Origin: Albidovulum sp.
Lineage (GTDB): Bacteria > Pseudomonadota > Alphaproteobacteria > Rhodobacterales > Rhodobacteraceae
DNA length: 64,000 nt
Reading direction: 5' to 3'
Assembly: GCA_026989275.1 (NCBI GenBank)
Contig: JALSJQ010000019.1
Span: forward strand, 9,194 to 73,193
Positions 11,280-23,620 of the stretch are shown one piece after another. The notes beneath the pieces are model-generated. The model did not search any database, had not been told where the DNA came from, and was given only the letters and a program-made list of their open reading frames with translations. Position 1 is the first letter of the stretch; every line of letters begins with the position of its first letter. The translations under genes were made by a program, and so were the position numbers.

Positions 11280-12689
11280 TCAGCAGCTGTAATACATCTT
11301 GAACTCCACCGGATGCGGCGTGTGTTCGAAGGCATAGACCTCTTCCCATTTGAGCTCCATGTAGCCTTCGAGCTGATCGCGGGTGAAGACGCCGCCCTCG
11401 AGCAGGAATTCGTGATCGGCCTCGAGCGCCTCGAGCGCCTCGCGCAGCGAGCCGCAGACCGTCGGGATCTCGGCCAGCTCCTCGGGGGGCAGGTCGTAGA
11501 GATCCTTGTCGGACGGCTCGCCCGGATCGATCTTGTTCCGGATCCCGTCGAGGCCGGCCATCAGCAGCGCCGAGAAGGCCAGATAGGGGTTGGCCGCCGG
11601 ATCGGGGAAGCGGGTCTCGATCCGCTTGGCCTTCGGGCTTTCGGCCCAGGGGATGCGGATCGAGGCCGAGCGGTTGCGGGCCGAATAGGCCAGAAGCACC
11701 GGCGCCTCGAAGCCGGGGATCAGGCGCTTGTAGGAGTTGGTCGAGGGGTTGGTGAAGGCGTTGAGCGCCCGGGCGTGCTTGAGGATGCCGCCGATATACC
11801 ACAGCGCCTCGTCCGACAGGTCGGCATACTTGTCGCCCGCGAACAGCGGCTTGCCGTCCTTCCAGATCGACTGGTTGACGTGCATCCCGGTGCCGTTGTC
11901 GCCGGCGATCGGCTTGGGCATGAAGGTCGCGGTCTTGCCGTAGGCGTCGGCGACGTTGTGGATGACATACTTGTATTTCTGCAGCTCGTCGGCCTGCTTC
12001 TTCAGCGAGTTGAAGACGAGGCCGAGCTCGTGCTGGCAGGAGGCCACCTCGTGGTGATGCTTGTCCACCTTCATGCCGATGCGCTTCATGGTGGAGAGCA
12101 TCTCCGAGCGGATGTCCTGACCGTGATCGACCGGGTTCACCGGGAAATAGCCGCCCTTGATGCCGGGCCGGTGCCCCTTGTTGCCCATCTCGTATTCGGT
12201 GTCGGTGTTCCAGGAGCCGTCGATGGCATCGACCTCGTAGGACACCTTGTTCATCTCGACGGCGAAGCGCACGTCGTCGAACAGGAAGAATTCGGCTTCG
12301 GGACCGAAATAGGCGGTATCGCCGATACCCGAAGACCTCAGATAGGCTTCCGCCTTCTCGGCCGTGGCCCGCGGGTCGCGGTCATAGAGTTCGCCGGTAT
12401 CCGGTTCGTGGACGGTGCAGTGCAGGCAGAGGGTCTTCTCGGCATAGAACGGATCGACATAGGCCGAGGCGGCGTCGGGCATCAGCTTCATGTCGGACTT
12501 GTCGATCGATTTCCAGCCGGCGATCGAGGAACCGTCGAACATGAAACCCTCGTCGAGAAAATCCTCATCGACCTGATCGGCCAGCACCGTCACGTGCTGA
12601 AGCTTGCCGCGCGGGTCGGTGAAGCGGAGATCGACATAGGCGATCTCCTCGTCCTTGATCGTCCTGATGACGTTTTCCTTGTCGCTCAT
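11280..12689 (-). CDS. glnA: type I glutamine synthetase
   Basis: [39 protein letters not shown], and the adenylylation-site region [10 protein letters not shown]. 469 aa from the ATG at 12689 (track ORF extends to 12824). Confidence 0.96.
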   Translation of the reverse strand: MSDKENVIRTIKDEEIAYVDLRFTDPRGKLQHVTVLADQVDEDFLDEGFMFDGSSIAGWKSIDKSDMKLMPDAASAYVDPFYAEKTLCLHCTVHEPDTGELYDRDPRATAEKAEAYLRSSGIGDTAYFGPEAEFFLFDDVRFAVEMNKVSYEVDAIDGSWNTDTEYEMGNKGHRPGIKGGYFPVNPVDHGQDIRSEMLSTMKRIGMKVDKHHHEVASCQHELGLVFNSLKKQADELQKYKYVIHNVADAYGKTATFMPKPIAGDNGTGMHVNQSIWKDGKPLFAGDKYADLSDEALWYIGGILKHARALNAFTNPSTNSYKRLIPGFEAPVLLAYSARNRSASIRIPWAESPKAKRIETRFPDPAANPYLAFSALLMAGLDGIRNKIDPGEPSDKDLYDLPPEELAEIPTVCGSLREALEALEADHEFLLEGGVFTRDQLEGYMELKWEEVYAFEHTPHPVEFKMYYSC

Positions 12690-12771
12690 CTGTGCAGCCT
12701 TCTGTTGCGCCTCGGTGGAACTTTCGAGCCCGGGGGGGCGGCCCCGGGGCTCGCTGGCAGTGGGGGCCGAA

Positions 12772-14973
<2,202 letters not shown>

Positions 14974-14996
<23 letters not shown>

Positions 14997-15450
14997 GAAG
15001 CAGCGCGTCCGCAGGGCGCGTGCGCCCCGTCCGGTAATACCCCTTGCGCCGCCCGGTCTCGACGAAGTCGCAGGCGGCATAGAGCGCCCGGGCGGCGGCA
15101 TTGTCCGCGGCGACCTCGAGATGGAGACGGGCCACGCCCCGGTCCGCGAGCCTCTCCGTCAGCCGCGTCATCAACCGCCGGCCGACCCCCCGGCCGCGGG
15201 CCGCGGGGCGCACGGCGATGGTGAGGAGTTCGGCCTCGTCGAGCGTCACCCGGGCCAGGGCGAAGCCCTGAAGGACGCCCCGTTCCTCCTCGGTGACGAG
15301 AAGCGCGCCGCGGGATGCGCAGAGATCTCCCAGCGCCGCCTCCGACCAGGGGGCTTCGGGAAAGGCGGCACGATGCACCGCGGCCAGCTCGGCGATCGCG
15401 GCGTCGCCGGGGCGAGGGGAGCGGAGTTCTTCCTTCATGCGCCGGCACAT
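14974..15450 (-). CDS. rimI: ribosomal-protein-alanine N-acetyltransferase (GNAT)
   Basis: GNAT acetyl-CoA motif RGRGVGRRLM, located immediately downstream of tsaB. The start could instead be the ATG at 15438. Confidence 0.8.
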
Positions 15451-15462
15451 GGATCCACCGGC

Positions 15463-16146
15463 TCATGCATCGAGGATCGGCACCGGCGGCTCCGAAGGCG
15501 GCGCGGCATCGGCCGGCCGCAGATAGAGCGGCGCCGGCGGCGTGGCCCCGGCCGGGTCGCGGCGGGCGGCGATGCGGGCGATGGCCGTGCCGAGCGTCAA
15601 GGCCGGGGCACGGGCAGGCCGGTCGATGCGGGCGGCGATCTCCCCGGCCCTCTCGCCGATGACCGGTGCCGTGGCAGGCAGTCCTTCGAGCACGGGATGC
15701 CTTTCGATTTCGGCGAGGGGAACGAGCACCGGTTCTTCGGGGCCGTCCGCGCCCAGGCGCGCCAGCCAGAGCCGCTCGCGCCGGGCGTCGAGCGCGAGAA
15801 GGGCGGGGCGGGGGGCACTCTCGGCCAGGGCCTCGAAGCGGCTCACGCCATGGGCCGGGATCCCCAAGGCGAGGGAAAGGCCGCGAGCGGCGGCGACGGC
15901 GATGCGGATGCCGGTGAAGTTCCCCGGTCCGATGCCGACCCCGAGCGCGGCAAGCTCGCCCCAGGCGCGCCCGGCCTCGCGCAGCATCTCCTCGAGGAGG
16001 ACGAAGAGCCGCTCGGCCTGGCCGCGGGCCATTTCCTCGTGGCGGGCGAGCCGCACCACGCCCTTCTCGACAAGCGCCGCCGAGAGCCACGGCCCCGAGG
16101 TGTCGAAGGCGAGGATCGGGCCGCTTCGCGTCGAATGGTGGTCCAT
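15463..16146 (-). CDS. tsaB: tRNA t6A biosynthesis protein TsaB
   Basis: ILAFDTSGPWLSAAL and GIGPGNFTGIRIAVAAARGL. Confidence 0.88.
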   Translation of the reverse strand: MDHHSTRSGPILAFDTSGPWLSAALVEKGVVRLARHEEMARGQAERLFVLLEEMLREAGRAWGELAALGVGIGPGNFTGIRIAVAAARGLSLALGIPAHGVSRFEALAESAPRPALLALDARRERLWLARLGADGPEEPVLVPLAEIERHPVLEGLPATAPVIGERAGEIAARIDRPARAPALTLGTAIARIAARRDPAGATPPAPLYLRPADAAPPSEPPVPILDA

Positions 16147-16332
16147 CGTGGCTGCTCTTTCATCCGGGAGAATACGGGGCAGGCAGCCTGTCCGGGCCGC
16201 GGCGGACCAGTTTGCCTTTTCCCGCGGTTTCCGCCGCTGTCCTCTTTCGCCGCGTCCTCGGCCCCTTCCGTGGCGCTCCCGCGCCCTGCCGCCGGGCCCT
16301 TCCCCCGCTTCTTCCGGCGGGCCGGTCGGGGA

Positions 16333-16905
16333 TCAGAAGTTCACGCCGACGGGCCGCACCTCGACCACCTCGGGGATGTAGTGCTTGAGCAGGTTCTCGA
16401 TCCCCATCTTGAGGGTGATCGTCGCCGAGGGGCAGCCGGCGCAGGCGCCCTGCATGTGGAGATAGACGACGCCCTCCTCGTAGCCGTGGAAGGTGATGTC
16501 GCCGCCGTCCTGGGCCACGGCGGGGCGCACGCGGGTGTCGAGCAGTTCCTTGATCTTGCGGATGATGTCGCTGTCCGGCCCTTCTTCGCCGACATCGCCA
16601 TGCCCGCCCCGGCGCTCGTCGGTCCCGACCGCCGGCAGGCCCGACTGGTAGTGTTCCATGATGGCGCCGAGGATGGCGGGCTTGATGTGGTCCCACGCCA
16701 CGTCCTCGCGCTTGGTGACGGTGATGAAGTCGGGGCCGAGGAAGACCGCTTCGACCCCGTCCACCGCGAAGAGCCGCTGCGCCAGCGGGGAGCGGGCGGC
16801 GCTCTCGGCATCGGTGAAATCGGCGGTGCCGCCGGGCACGACGGCCTGTCCGGGCAGGAATTTGAGCGTTGCCGGGTTGGGTGTGGTTTCGGTCTGGATG
16901 AACAT
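16333..16905 (-). CDS. NifU/Nfu-family Fe-S cluster assembly protein
   Basis: Nfu_N-like N-terminus MFIQTETTPNPATLKFLPG and a C-terminal CxxC (GACAGCPSATITLKMGIENLL). Confidence 0.88.
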   Translation of the reverse strand: MFIQTETTPNPATLKFLPGQAVVPGGTADFTDAESAARSPLAQRLFAVDGVEAVFLGPDFITVTKREDVAWDHIKPAILGAIMEHYQSGLPAVGTDERRGGHGDVGEEGPDSDIIRKIKELLDTRVRPAVAQDGGDITFHGYEEGVVYLHMQGACAGCPSATITLKMGIENLLKHYIPEVVEVRPVGVNF

Positions 16906-17155
16906 GGGAAGGCTCCTCTCGTTGCGCCTATATGTGCATCGTGAGGGGGCAAGTCAATCGGTGCGGCGGCAGGTCGGGTCGCGCTGCGGGGCGGGGAAGG
17001 GGGGCGCTGCCGCTTCGGCTGACGGTCCAAGCAAGGGGCAGGGAGTGCCTGCGCTTCGCCCTTCGCGAACCGGGCGGAGGAAGGGGGCGCTTCTTCATTG
17101 CGCGGACGAGACGCGGTTGCGTTTCGCCATTCACGCGAGAGGGCGCCGCGGCGCT

Positions 17156-17695
17156 TCAGGTGACGGCCTCGAGCTCCTCCTTCGATAACCCCCCCGGCAC
17201 GATGGTGATCGGCACCGGCAACGTGCCCGAGGCGCGCGAGAGCTGGGAGACGAGGGGGCCCGGACCCGACCGGTCGGTGCCGGCACCGAGAACGAGCACG
17301 CCGATCGCCGGATCGTCGCGGATCTGACCGAGGATTTCCTCCACCGGCTCCCCTTCGCGGATGACGAGTTCGGGGTCGATGCCGTGCTTGTCGCGCATCC
17401 ACTTGGCGAAGACCTCGTAATGGGCCCGGATGCGCTCGGCGGCCTCTTCGCGCATCAGGTCGCGCACGCCGATCCAGTGATTGAATTCCTCGGGCGGGAT
17501 GACGGCGAGGATGACGACGCCGCCGCCGGTCTTCTCGGCGCGCATGGCGGCAAAGCGCATGGCGTTGAGACATTCGCGGCTGTCGTCGAGCACGACGAGA
17601 AACTTGCGCAGCCGACGTTCGCCAGGGTGCGGTCCGGGCCGCATCCGCTCTTCGGTGCGCTGTTCGCTTCCGGTCGTGTCGGCAGTCTCGCTCAT
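17156..17695 (-). CDS. universal stress protein family protein
   Basis: The last 179 codons of track ORF 17156..18736. KFLVVLDDSRECLNAMRFA..VLVLGAGT..VPITIVPG is a Usp-like pattern. Confidence 0.75.
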   Translation of the reverse strand: MSETADTTGSEQRTEERMRPGPHPGERRLRKFLVVLDDSRECLNAMRFAAMRAEKTGGGVVILAVIPPEEFNHWIGVRDLMREEAAERIRAHYEVFAKWMRDKHGIDPELVIREGEPVEEILGQIRDDPAIGVLVLGAGTDRSGPGPLVSQLSRASGTLPVPITIVPGGLSKEELEAVT

Positions 17696-17853
17696 CGGGG
17701 TGATGATCTTCCAGCGGGCGGGCTTTGGCAAGGGCCAAGGTCCCGGTGCGACGAAAGGGCAGGGCCCGCGGGGCGGGGCGCCCCGGATGGCACGCGCCCC
17801 GGCGGAAAACGCCGTTGCCGCTGCAGGCGGCGCGCTTCCCGGCCGGGGGCGGA

Positions 17854-18777
17854 TCAGCCGGTTTCGACCTCGGCCGCCTCCTCGGCGAGCGCGGCGGCAA
17901 GATCGCCCCGGGCTCCCGCGCTCTGCCGTGCCCATTGCCAGTAGAGCCGCCGCGCTTCCCCGGCCACCGGCCCGACGGGATAGGCGACATCCTCGAAACG
18001 GGTGACGGGAGTGATCTTGTGCATGTTGCCGGTGAGGAACACCTCGTCGGCGGCGCGCACATCGTCGAAGCTCAGGACTGCCTCGCGCACATCGTAGCCC
18101 GCCGCCCGCAGAAGCCGGATATGGCGCCTGCGGGTGATGCCGGCAAGGAAGGTGCCGTTCGGGATCGGCGTCTTCACCACCCCGTCCTTGACGATGAAGA
18201 CGTTGGCGGTGGCGCTCTCGGCGACATTGCCGAGGGCGTCGGCGACGAGGGCGTTGTCGAATCCCCTGGCGCGGGCTTCGCGGATCATGCGGGCATTGTT
18301 GGGGTAGAGGCAGCCGGCCTTGGCGTTGACCACGGCGTCGGCCAGTACCGGCCGGCGGAAGGAGGTGGTGCACAGGGTCTGGCTGTGGGTCTCGGGCGCC
18401 AGGGGGATTTCCTCGAGGCAGAGGGCGAAGCCCACCGTCTCGGGGGCGGGTGCGATGGCGCCGATTCCGCCGTCGATGCCCCAATACATCGGCCGGATGT
18501 AGAGCGGCGTGCCCTCCGGGTAGAGGCGCAACCCCTGCCAGACGAGTTCGAACATCTCCTCGGCCGGCATGGTGGGGGTGAGGCCGAGCGCCTCGGCCGA
18601 CCGGTTCACCCGCCGGCAATGGGCAAGGAGGTCGGGGGCGAGGCCGTGGGCATGGCGGGCGCCGTCGAAGACCGTGGAGCCGAGCCAGCTGCCGTGGTCG
18701 GCCGCGCGCATGATCGGCACGTCGCCCTCGTGCCACTTGCCCTCGAACCAGGTGCGGATGTTCGTGCCGACCGCCAT
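17854..18777 (-). CDS. ilvE: branched-chain amino acid aminotransferase (class IV)
   Basis: MAVGTNIRTWFEGKWHEGDVPIM..STVFDGAR..LYIRPMYWG..FIVKDGVVKTP..FLTGNMHKITPV. ATG at 18777. Confidence 0.85.
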   Translation of the reverse strand: MAVGTNIRTWFEGKWHEGDVPIMRAADHGSWLGSTVFDGARHAHGLAPDLLAHCRRVNRSAEALGLTPTMPAEEMFELVWQGLRLYPEGTPLYIRPMYWGIDGGIGAIAPAPETVGFALCLEEIPLAPETHSQTLCTTSFRRPVLADAVVNAKAGCLYPNNARMIREARARGFDNALVADALGNVAESATANVFIVKDGVVKTPIPNGTFLAGITRRRHIRLLRAAGYDVREAVLSFDDVRAADEVFLTGNMHKITPVTRFEDVAYPVGPVAGEARRLYWQWARQSAGARGDLAAALAEEAAEVETG

Positions 18778-18986
18778 CGCTGCCTCCCTCTGTCGTTGCA
18801 GGCGCGACATTATGACCGCGCCCCGGCGAGGTCCAGAGGGAAGCGCCCGAAGGCGGCCGGCGCGGATCCCGTGCCGTTTTCCGGCAGCATTCCCGGAAGG
18901 GGGTGGCACGCGGCCCTGCCGGCGGATGCAGGAAGGGCCCCGACGGCGGGTCGGGGCCCGGGGATGGCGTGGTCGGCGGCGGCGCC

Positions 18987-19913
18987 TCAGACCTTGAGAG
19001 CGGGAATGATCTGCTTCTTGCGCGAGACGATGCCGGGCAGGGTGACGGTGTCGCCCTCGACCTTCGCCCCGAAGCTCTTTTCGGCGACCTTGCGCACGAG
19101 GTCGTTCGGCACGAGGAGGGTCGCCTTGCCCTCGAGAATGTCCACGATGAAGAGCAGCACCTGATCGACCCCGTCCTCGCGGGCGACCGTTTCCATCGCC
19201 GCCATCAGCCCCTCCTTGCGGGCCAGCACCACCTCGGGAGCGGTGGTCTCCAGCACCGAGATGCGGAACTTGACGCCGTCAACCTCGTATTTCTTCGAAT
19301 CGAGCCGCAGGAGCTCGGCGTCGGAACAGTCCGACACGTCCGACTTGGCGCGGAACATCTCGGCGGCATAGGAGGGGATGTCGATCCCGAGCTGCCGGGC
19401 GAGTCCTTCGGCGACCTCGCGGTCGGTCGGGGTGGTGGTGGGCGAGCGGAATTCGAGCGTGTCGGAGAGGATGCAGGAGAGCATCAGCCCGCGCACCCAG
19501 TCGGGCGCCTGCTCCATGTCGCGGCCGACCAGCCAGTGGATCACCGTCGCCGTCGCCGCCACCGGGCGGATCGTCACCTTGATCGGCCGGCGCGTGGTCA
19601 GGCCCGCGAGCAGGTGATGGTCGATGATCTCGGCGATGTCGGCCTTGTCGAGATCCTCGGGCAGCTCGGCGGGGTTGTTGGTATCGACGATCACCACCTC
19701 GTCGCCTTCGCCGAGCGGGCCGAGGAGTGCCGGCATCCCGACGCCCCAGCGCTCGAGCACGAAGCGGGCTTCCTTGTTGGGCGTGCCGAGGACGAAGGGC
19801 GTTGCCGGCTTGCCCTGCACCTCGGAAAGATACCATGCCCAGATGATGGCCGAGCAGGTGGCGTCGGTATCGGGGGCCTTGTGGCCGAAGACCTTGATGT
19901 CGGTGTCGTTCAT
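18987..19913 (-). CDS. ppaC: manganese-dependent inorganic pyrophosphatase (family II, DHH)
   Basis: FGHKAPDTDATCSAI and IIDHH (DHH motifs), about 308 aa from the ATG at 19913. Confidence 0.88.
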   Translation of the reverse strand: MNDTDIKVFGHKAPDTDATCSAIIWAWYLSEVQGKPATPFVLGTPNKEARFVLERWGVGMPALLGPLGEGDEVVIVDTNNPAELPEDLDKADIAEIIDHHLLAGLTTRRPIKVTIRPVAATATVIHWLVGRDMEQAPDWVRGLMLSCILSDTLEFRSPTTTPTDREVAEGLARQLGIDIPSYAAEMFRAKSDVSDCSDAELLRLDSKKYEVDGVKFRISVLETTAPEVVLARKEGLMAAMETVAREDGVDQVLLFIVDILEGKATLLVPNDLVRKVAEKSFGAKVEGDTVTLPGIVSRKKQIIPALKV

Positions 19914-20221
19914 GGTGGGTTCCCGTCGCTCTCGTTTGTTCCGGGCGCCGGGCAGCTTGGGCGCGCCCGGGCCGTGCGCGGCCTTCATAGCCGGGGCGGC
20001 GGGGAAAGTTAAGCGGCCGCTGCCGGGGCGGGTTCCGATGCGGACGACCGGGCCGCATCACCGGGGCGGGATCCTGGAACCCCTGCCGGGGCGGTGCCTT
20101 GCCTGCGGCATCGGGTCGTCCTAGGAAGGAGCGGGCACGCCTCGGCTTCCGGCGGTTCGGAGCCGAAGGCGGGGCCCGAGGAGCCGGGGCAGGAAAGCCC
20201 CGCAAGACAGGGAGAGAGAAG

Positions 20222-21190
20222 ATGATCCGATTTGCCACATCCCTTGCCGCGGCGGTGGCGCTGGCCGTGCCGGCGCTGGCCGAGACATGGGACATGCCCA
20301 CACCCTATTCCGACAAGGTGTTCCATACCCGGAACGTGATGGAATTCGCGAAGGACGTGGAGCGGCTCACGGGCGGGAAGCTCAAGATCAAGGTGCATTC
20401 CGCGGGCTCGCTCTATCCTCACCCCGAGATCAAGAACGCCGTGCGGTCGCGCCAGGTGCCGATCGGCGAATTCTTCCTCTCGCGGCTTTCGAACGAGGAT
20501 CCGGCCTTCGGCATGGACAGCCTGCCGTTCCTCGCCACCTCCTACCCCGAGGCCGAGAAGCTCTGGGCGGCGCAGAAGCCGGTGGTGGCCGAGCTGCTCG
20601 AGAAGCAGGGGCTGATGCCGCTCTATGCCGTGCCGTGGCCGCCGCAGGGGCTCTATACCAAGAAGCCGATCCACTCGGTCGCCGATCTGGCGGGGCTGCG
20701 CTTCCGCGCCTACAACGCCATTCTCGAGGATTTCGCCAAGCGGGCCGGAGCGCAGCCGGTGCAGGTCGAGGCGCCGGACATTCCGCAGGCCTTCTCCACC
20801 GGGCAGGTCGAGGCGATGATCACCTCGCCCTCCACCGGGGTGAGCTCCAAGGCCTGGGATTTCGTCGAATACTACACCCCGATCAACGCCTGGATCCCGA
20901 AGAACATCGTCGTCGTCAACAAGCGCGTGTTCGATGGTCTCGATCCGGCGACGCAGAAGGCGATTCTCGAGGCGGCGGCCGCAGCCGAGAAGCGCGGCTG
21001 GGAGATGTCGAAGGCCGAAACCGCGGCCAAGACGAAGATCCTTGCCGAGAACGGCATGAAGGTCACCGAACCTTCCGCCGAGCTCATGGCCGGTCTCAAG
21101 AAGATCGGGGCCGACATGCTCGAGGACTGGAAGGCCAATGCTTCGCCCGAGGCCGGCGCCGCGCTCGAGGCCTATCTCGCCTCGAAGTGA
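20222..21190 (+). CDS. TRAP transporter substrate-binding protein (DctP family)
   Basis: Signal peptide MIRFATSLAAAVALAVPALA, DctP-like body, followed by Q and M permease genes. Confidence 0.88.
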   Translation: MIRFATSLAAAVALAVPALAETWDMPTPYSDKVFHTRNVMEFAKDVERLTGGKLKIKVHSAGSLYPHPEIKNAVRSRQVPIGEFFLSRLSNEDPAFGMDSLPFLATSYPEAEKLWAAQKPVVAELLEKQGLMPLYAVPWPPQGLYTKKPIHSVADLAGLRFRAYNAILEDFAKRAGAQPVQVEAPDIPQAFSTGQVEAMITSPSTGVSSKAWDFVEYYTPINAWIPKNIVVVNKRVFDGLDPATQKAILEAAAAAEKRGWEMSKAETAAKTKILAENGMKVTEPSAELMAGLKKIGADMLEDWKANASPEAGAALEAYLASK

Positions 21191-21200
21191 CGGATGCCCC

Positions 21201-21229
21201 GGAGAGCCGGCCCCGGCGGCCGGCTCTCC
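21201..21229 (+). other. 12-bp GC-rich stem-loop just after the dctP-like stop
   Basis: GGAGAGCCGGCC-CCGGC-GGCCGGCTCTCC. There is no T-tract, so it may be an attenuator or an mRNA-stabilising hairpin. Confidence 0.5.
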
Positions 21230-21643
21230 CTTCCCGACCGGGTTCGCCCCGGCGCCTTCGCCCGACCGACCTTGCCCGACCGCTTCATCCGAGTGTCTTC
21301 GTCCTGCCGTCTCCGCCTGCATGGGAACGCACATGCCCGGAGCCGTCGCAGGGGGGAAGCGGAGCGGGTGGTGCATCGGCGCCGCAGAAGCGTCTGGCCC
21401 CGTCCGCTCTTTCACGCCGGATGGGACGGGCGAGGGAAAGGACGGCAACGGGGAACCGCCGGGGAAAGGCGCCTTCCTGCCGCGCAAGAGGCCGGGCGTC
21501 TTCGCCCGCTCCGTCCGGCAGAAGAAGCGGGGCCGCTCCTGCGACGGCCGGTTCATGATCCGCACGAGCGGCCGGGATGCCGGCCCGCAGCACCGGCCGG
21601 AGCCCCGATCGCGGAAACGGAGGAACAGAAGGGAGAAGTTCTC

Positions 21644-22234
21644 ATGCGCCGCCTGCTCGATCGGCTCTATCTCGTCTCCGGCTGGCTGGCGGCGGCGGCG
21701 ATCCTTGCCATCTGCCTGATCGTCACCGCCCAGGTGCTGCTCAACCTTCTGGCGCGTCTCTTCGGGCCGGACTGGAGCTTCACCATCCCCTCCTATGCCG
21801 ATTTCGCCGGCTTCCTCCTCGCCGGTGCGACCTTCCTCGCCCTCGCCCACACGCTCGTCGAGGGCGGGCACATCCGCGTCAACCTCGTGACGGGTCGCCT
21901 GCCGCGGCCGCTGGCCTGGGCCGCCGAACTCCTCGCCCTGACCCTCGGTCTCGTCTTCAGCGTCTTCGCTTCCTGGCACATGGCCGGGCTCGTCGCCGAA
22001 AGCTGGCGCTATGGTGACCGCTCTCCCGGCATCATCGCCGTGCCGCTATGGATCCCGCAGACGGTGGTGACGCTCGGGCTCGCGATCCTCGCCATCGCCT
22101 TCGCCGATCTTCTGGTGCAGGCGCTCCTGCGCCGCAGCCCGGTGATCCGCGACCAGGACGAGACCGGCGGCGGCACCATCGACATGGCAGACGACATGGC
22201 GGCGGCGCCGACCGGGGAAGGGAGGAGAAACTGA
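21644..22234 (+). CDS. TRAP transporter small permease (DctQ family)
   Basis: MRRLLDRLYLVSGWLAAAAILAICLIV with four hydrophobic segments. GGGAGAAG SD. The stop overlaps the dctM-like start. Confidence 0.85.
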   Translation: MRRLLDRLYLVSGWLAAAAILAICLIVTAQVLLNLLARLFGPDWSFTIPSYADFAGFLLAGATFLALAHTLVEGGHIRVNLVTGRLPRPLAWAAELLALTLGLVFSVFASWHMAGLVAESWRYGDRSPGIIAVPLWIPQTVVTLGLAILAIAFADLLVQALLRRSPVIRDQDETGGGTIDMADDMAAAPTGEGRRN

Positions 22235-23538
22235 TGTCCGATCCGCTGATCGCCACCGTCCTTCTCGGGCTGCTCGTCGGTCTTCTGGCGCTTGGCGTAT
22301 GGGTGGCGCTGGCGCTCTTCCTCGTCGGCCTCGTCGCCATTCTCGCCTTCGCCAACCCGCCGGCCGGGCTGGTGCTGGCGACCACGATCTGGGGCCATTC
22401 CCATTCCTGGTCGCTCGCCGCGCTGCCGCTGTTCATCCTGATGGGCGAGATATTGCTGCGCTCGCGGCTCTCGGAAGACATGTTCCACGGCCTTGCGCCC
22501 TGGCTCGGGCGGCTGCCGGGGCGGCTTCTGCACGTCAACGTGTTCGGCTCGGCGATCTTCGCCGCCGTTTCCGGCTCCTCGGCCGCCACCGCCGCCACCA
22601 TCGGCCGCATGGCCGTGCCCGAGCTGCTGCGTCGCGGCTATCCGCGCGACATGGTGATCGGCACGCTCGCCGGCTCGGCCACGCTCGGCCTCCTGATCCC
22701 GCCCTCGATCATCCTCATCGTCTATGGCGTGGCCACCGACCAGTCGATCGCCCGGCTTTTTATCGCCGGCGTCGTGCCGGGGTTGGTGCTGACCGCGCTC
22801 TTCTCGGGCTACGTGATGCTGCGCGGGCTGATGGATCCGCGCATCGCCCCCGATCCGGGCGAACATGCCGGCTGGCGCGATAGGCTGGCGGCGCTGAGGC
22901 GGCTTCTGCCGGTGATGCTCCTCATCGCCGGGGTGATCGGTTCGATCTATACCGGCATCGCCTCGCCGACCGATGCGGCGGCGCTCGGCGTCGTCCTCTC
23001 GGTGCTGATCGCGGCGCTTTCGGGCAGCTTCTCCTGGCGGCTCTTCGGCGAGGCGCTGCTCGCGGCCACCCGCACCTCGGCGATGATCGCCTTCATCCTC
23101 GCCGCCGCCGCCTTCCTCTCGATCGCCATGGGCTTCGTCGGCCTGCCGCGCAACCTCGCCGCCTGGATCAGCTCGCTGGGGCTGGGCAAATACGAGCTTC
23201 TCGCCGCGCTCACCCTGTTCTTCGTGGTGATGGGCTGCTTTCTCGACGGAATCTCGGTGGTGGTGCTGACGACCTCGATCATCCTGCCGATGGTCGAGGC
23301 CGCCGGCATCGACCCGATGTGGTTCGGCATCTACCTCGTGATCGTGGTCGAGATGAGCCAGATCACCCCGCCCGTCGGCTTCAACCTGTTCGTGATCCAG
23401 GGACTGACCGGCATCGACATCCTTTCCGTGGCCCGGGCGGCGCTGCCCTTCTTCCTCCTCCTGCTCGTCGGGGTGGTGCTGATCACCGCCTTTCCCGGCC
23501 TCGTCACCTGGCTGCCCGAAGCGATGGCTGCGCGATGA
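22234..23538 (+). CDS. TRAP transporter large permease (DctM family)
   Basis: 434-aa polytopic membrane protein with an ATG overlapping the dctQ TGA. Typical DctM-like sequence (GSSAATAATIG..). Confidence 0.9.
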   Translation: MSDPLIATVLLGLLVGLLALGVWVALALFLVGLVAILAFANPPAGLVLATTIWGHSHSWSLAALPLFILMGEILLRSRLSEDMFHGLAPWLGRLPGRLLHVNVFGSAIFAAVSGSSAATAATIGRMAVPELLRRGYPRDMVIGTLAGSATLGLLIPPSIILIVYGVATDQSIARLFIAGVVPGLVLTALFSGYVMLRGLMDPRIAPDPGEHAGWRDRLAALRRLLPVMLLIAGVIGSIYTGIASPTDAAALGVVLSVLIAALSGSFSWRLFGEALLAATRTSAMIAFILAAAAFLSIAMGFVGLPRNLAAWISSLGLGKYELLAALTLFFVVMGCFLDGISVVVLTTSIILPMVEAAGIDPMWFGIYLVIVVEMSQITPPVGFNLFVIQGLTGIDILSVARAALPFFLLLLVGVVLITAFPGLVTWLPEAMAAR

Positions 23539-23620
23539 GACGGACGCGCGGGCGGCCGGGGGGTGCCCGAGGCGCCCATGGCCGGGATGAGCGGGGGCAG
23601 GTGCCCCGGACGGGGCCTTC

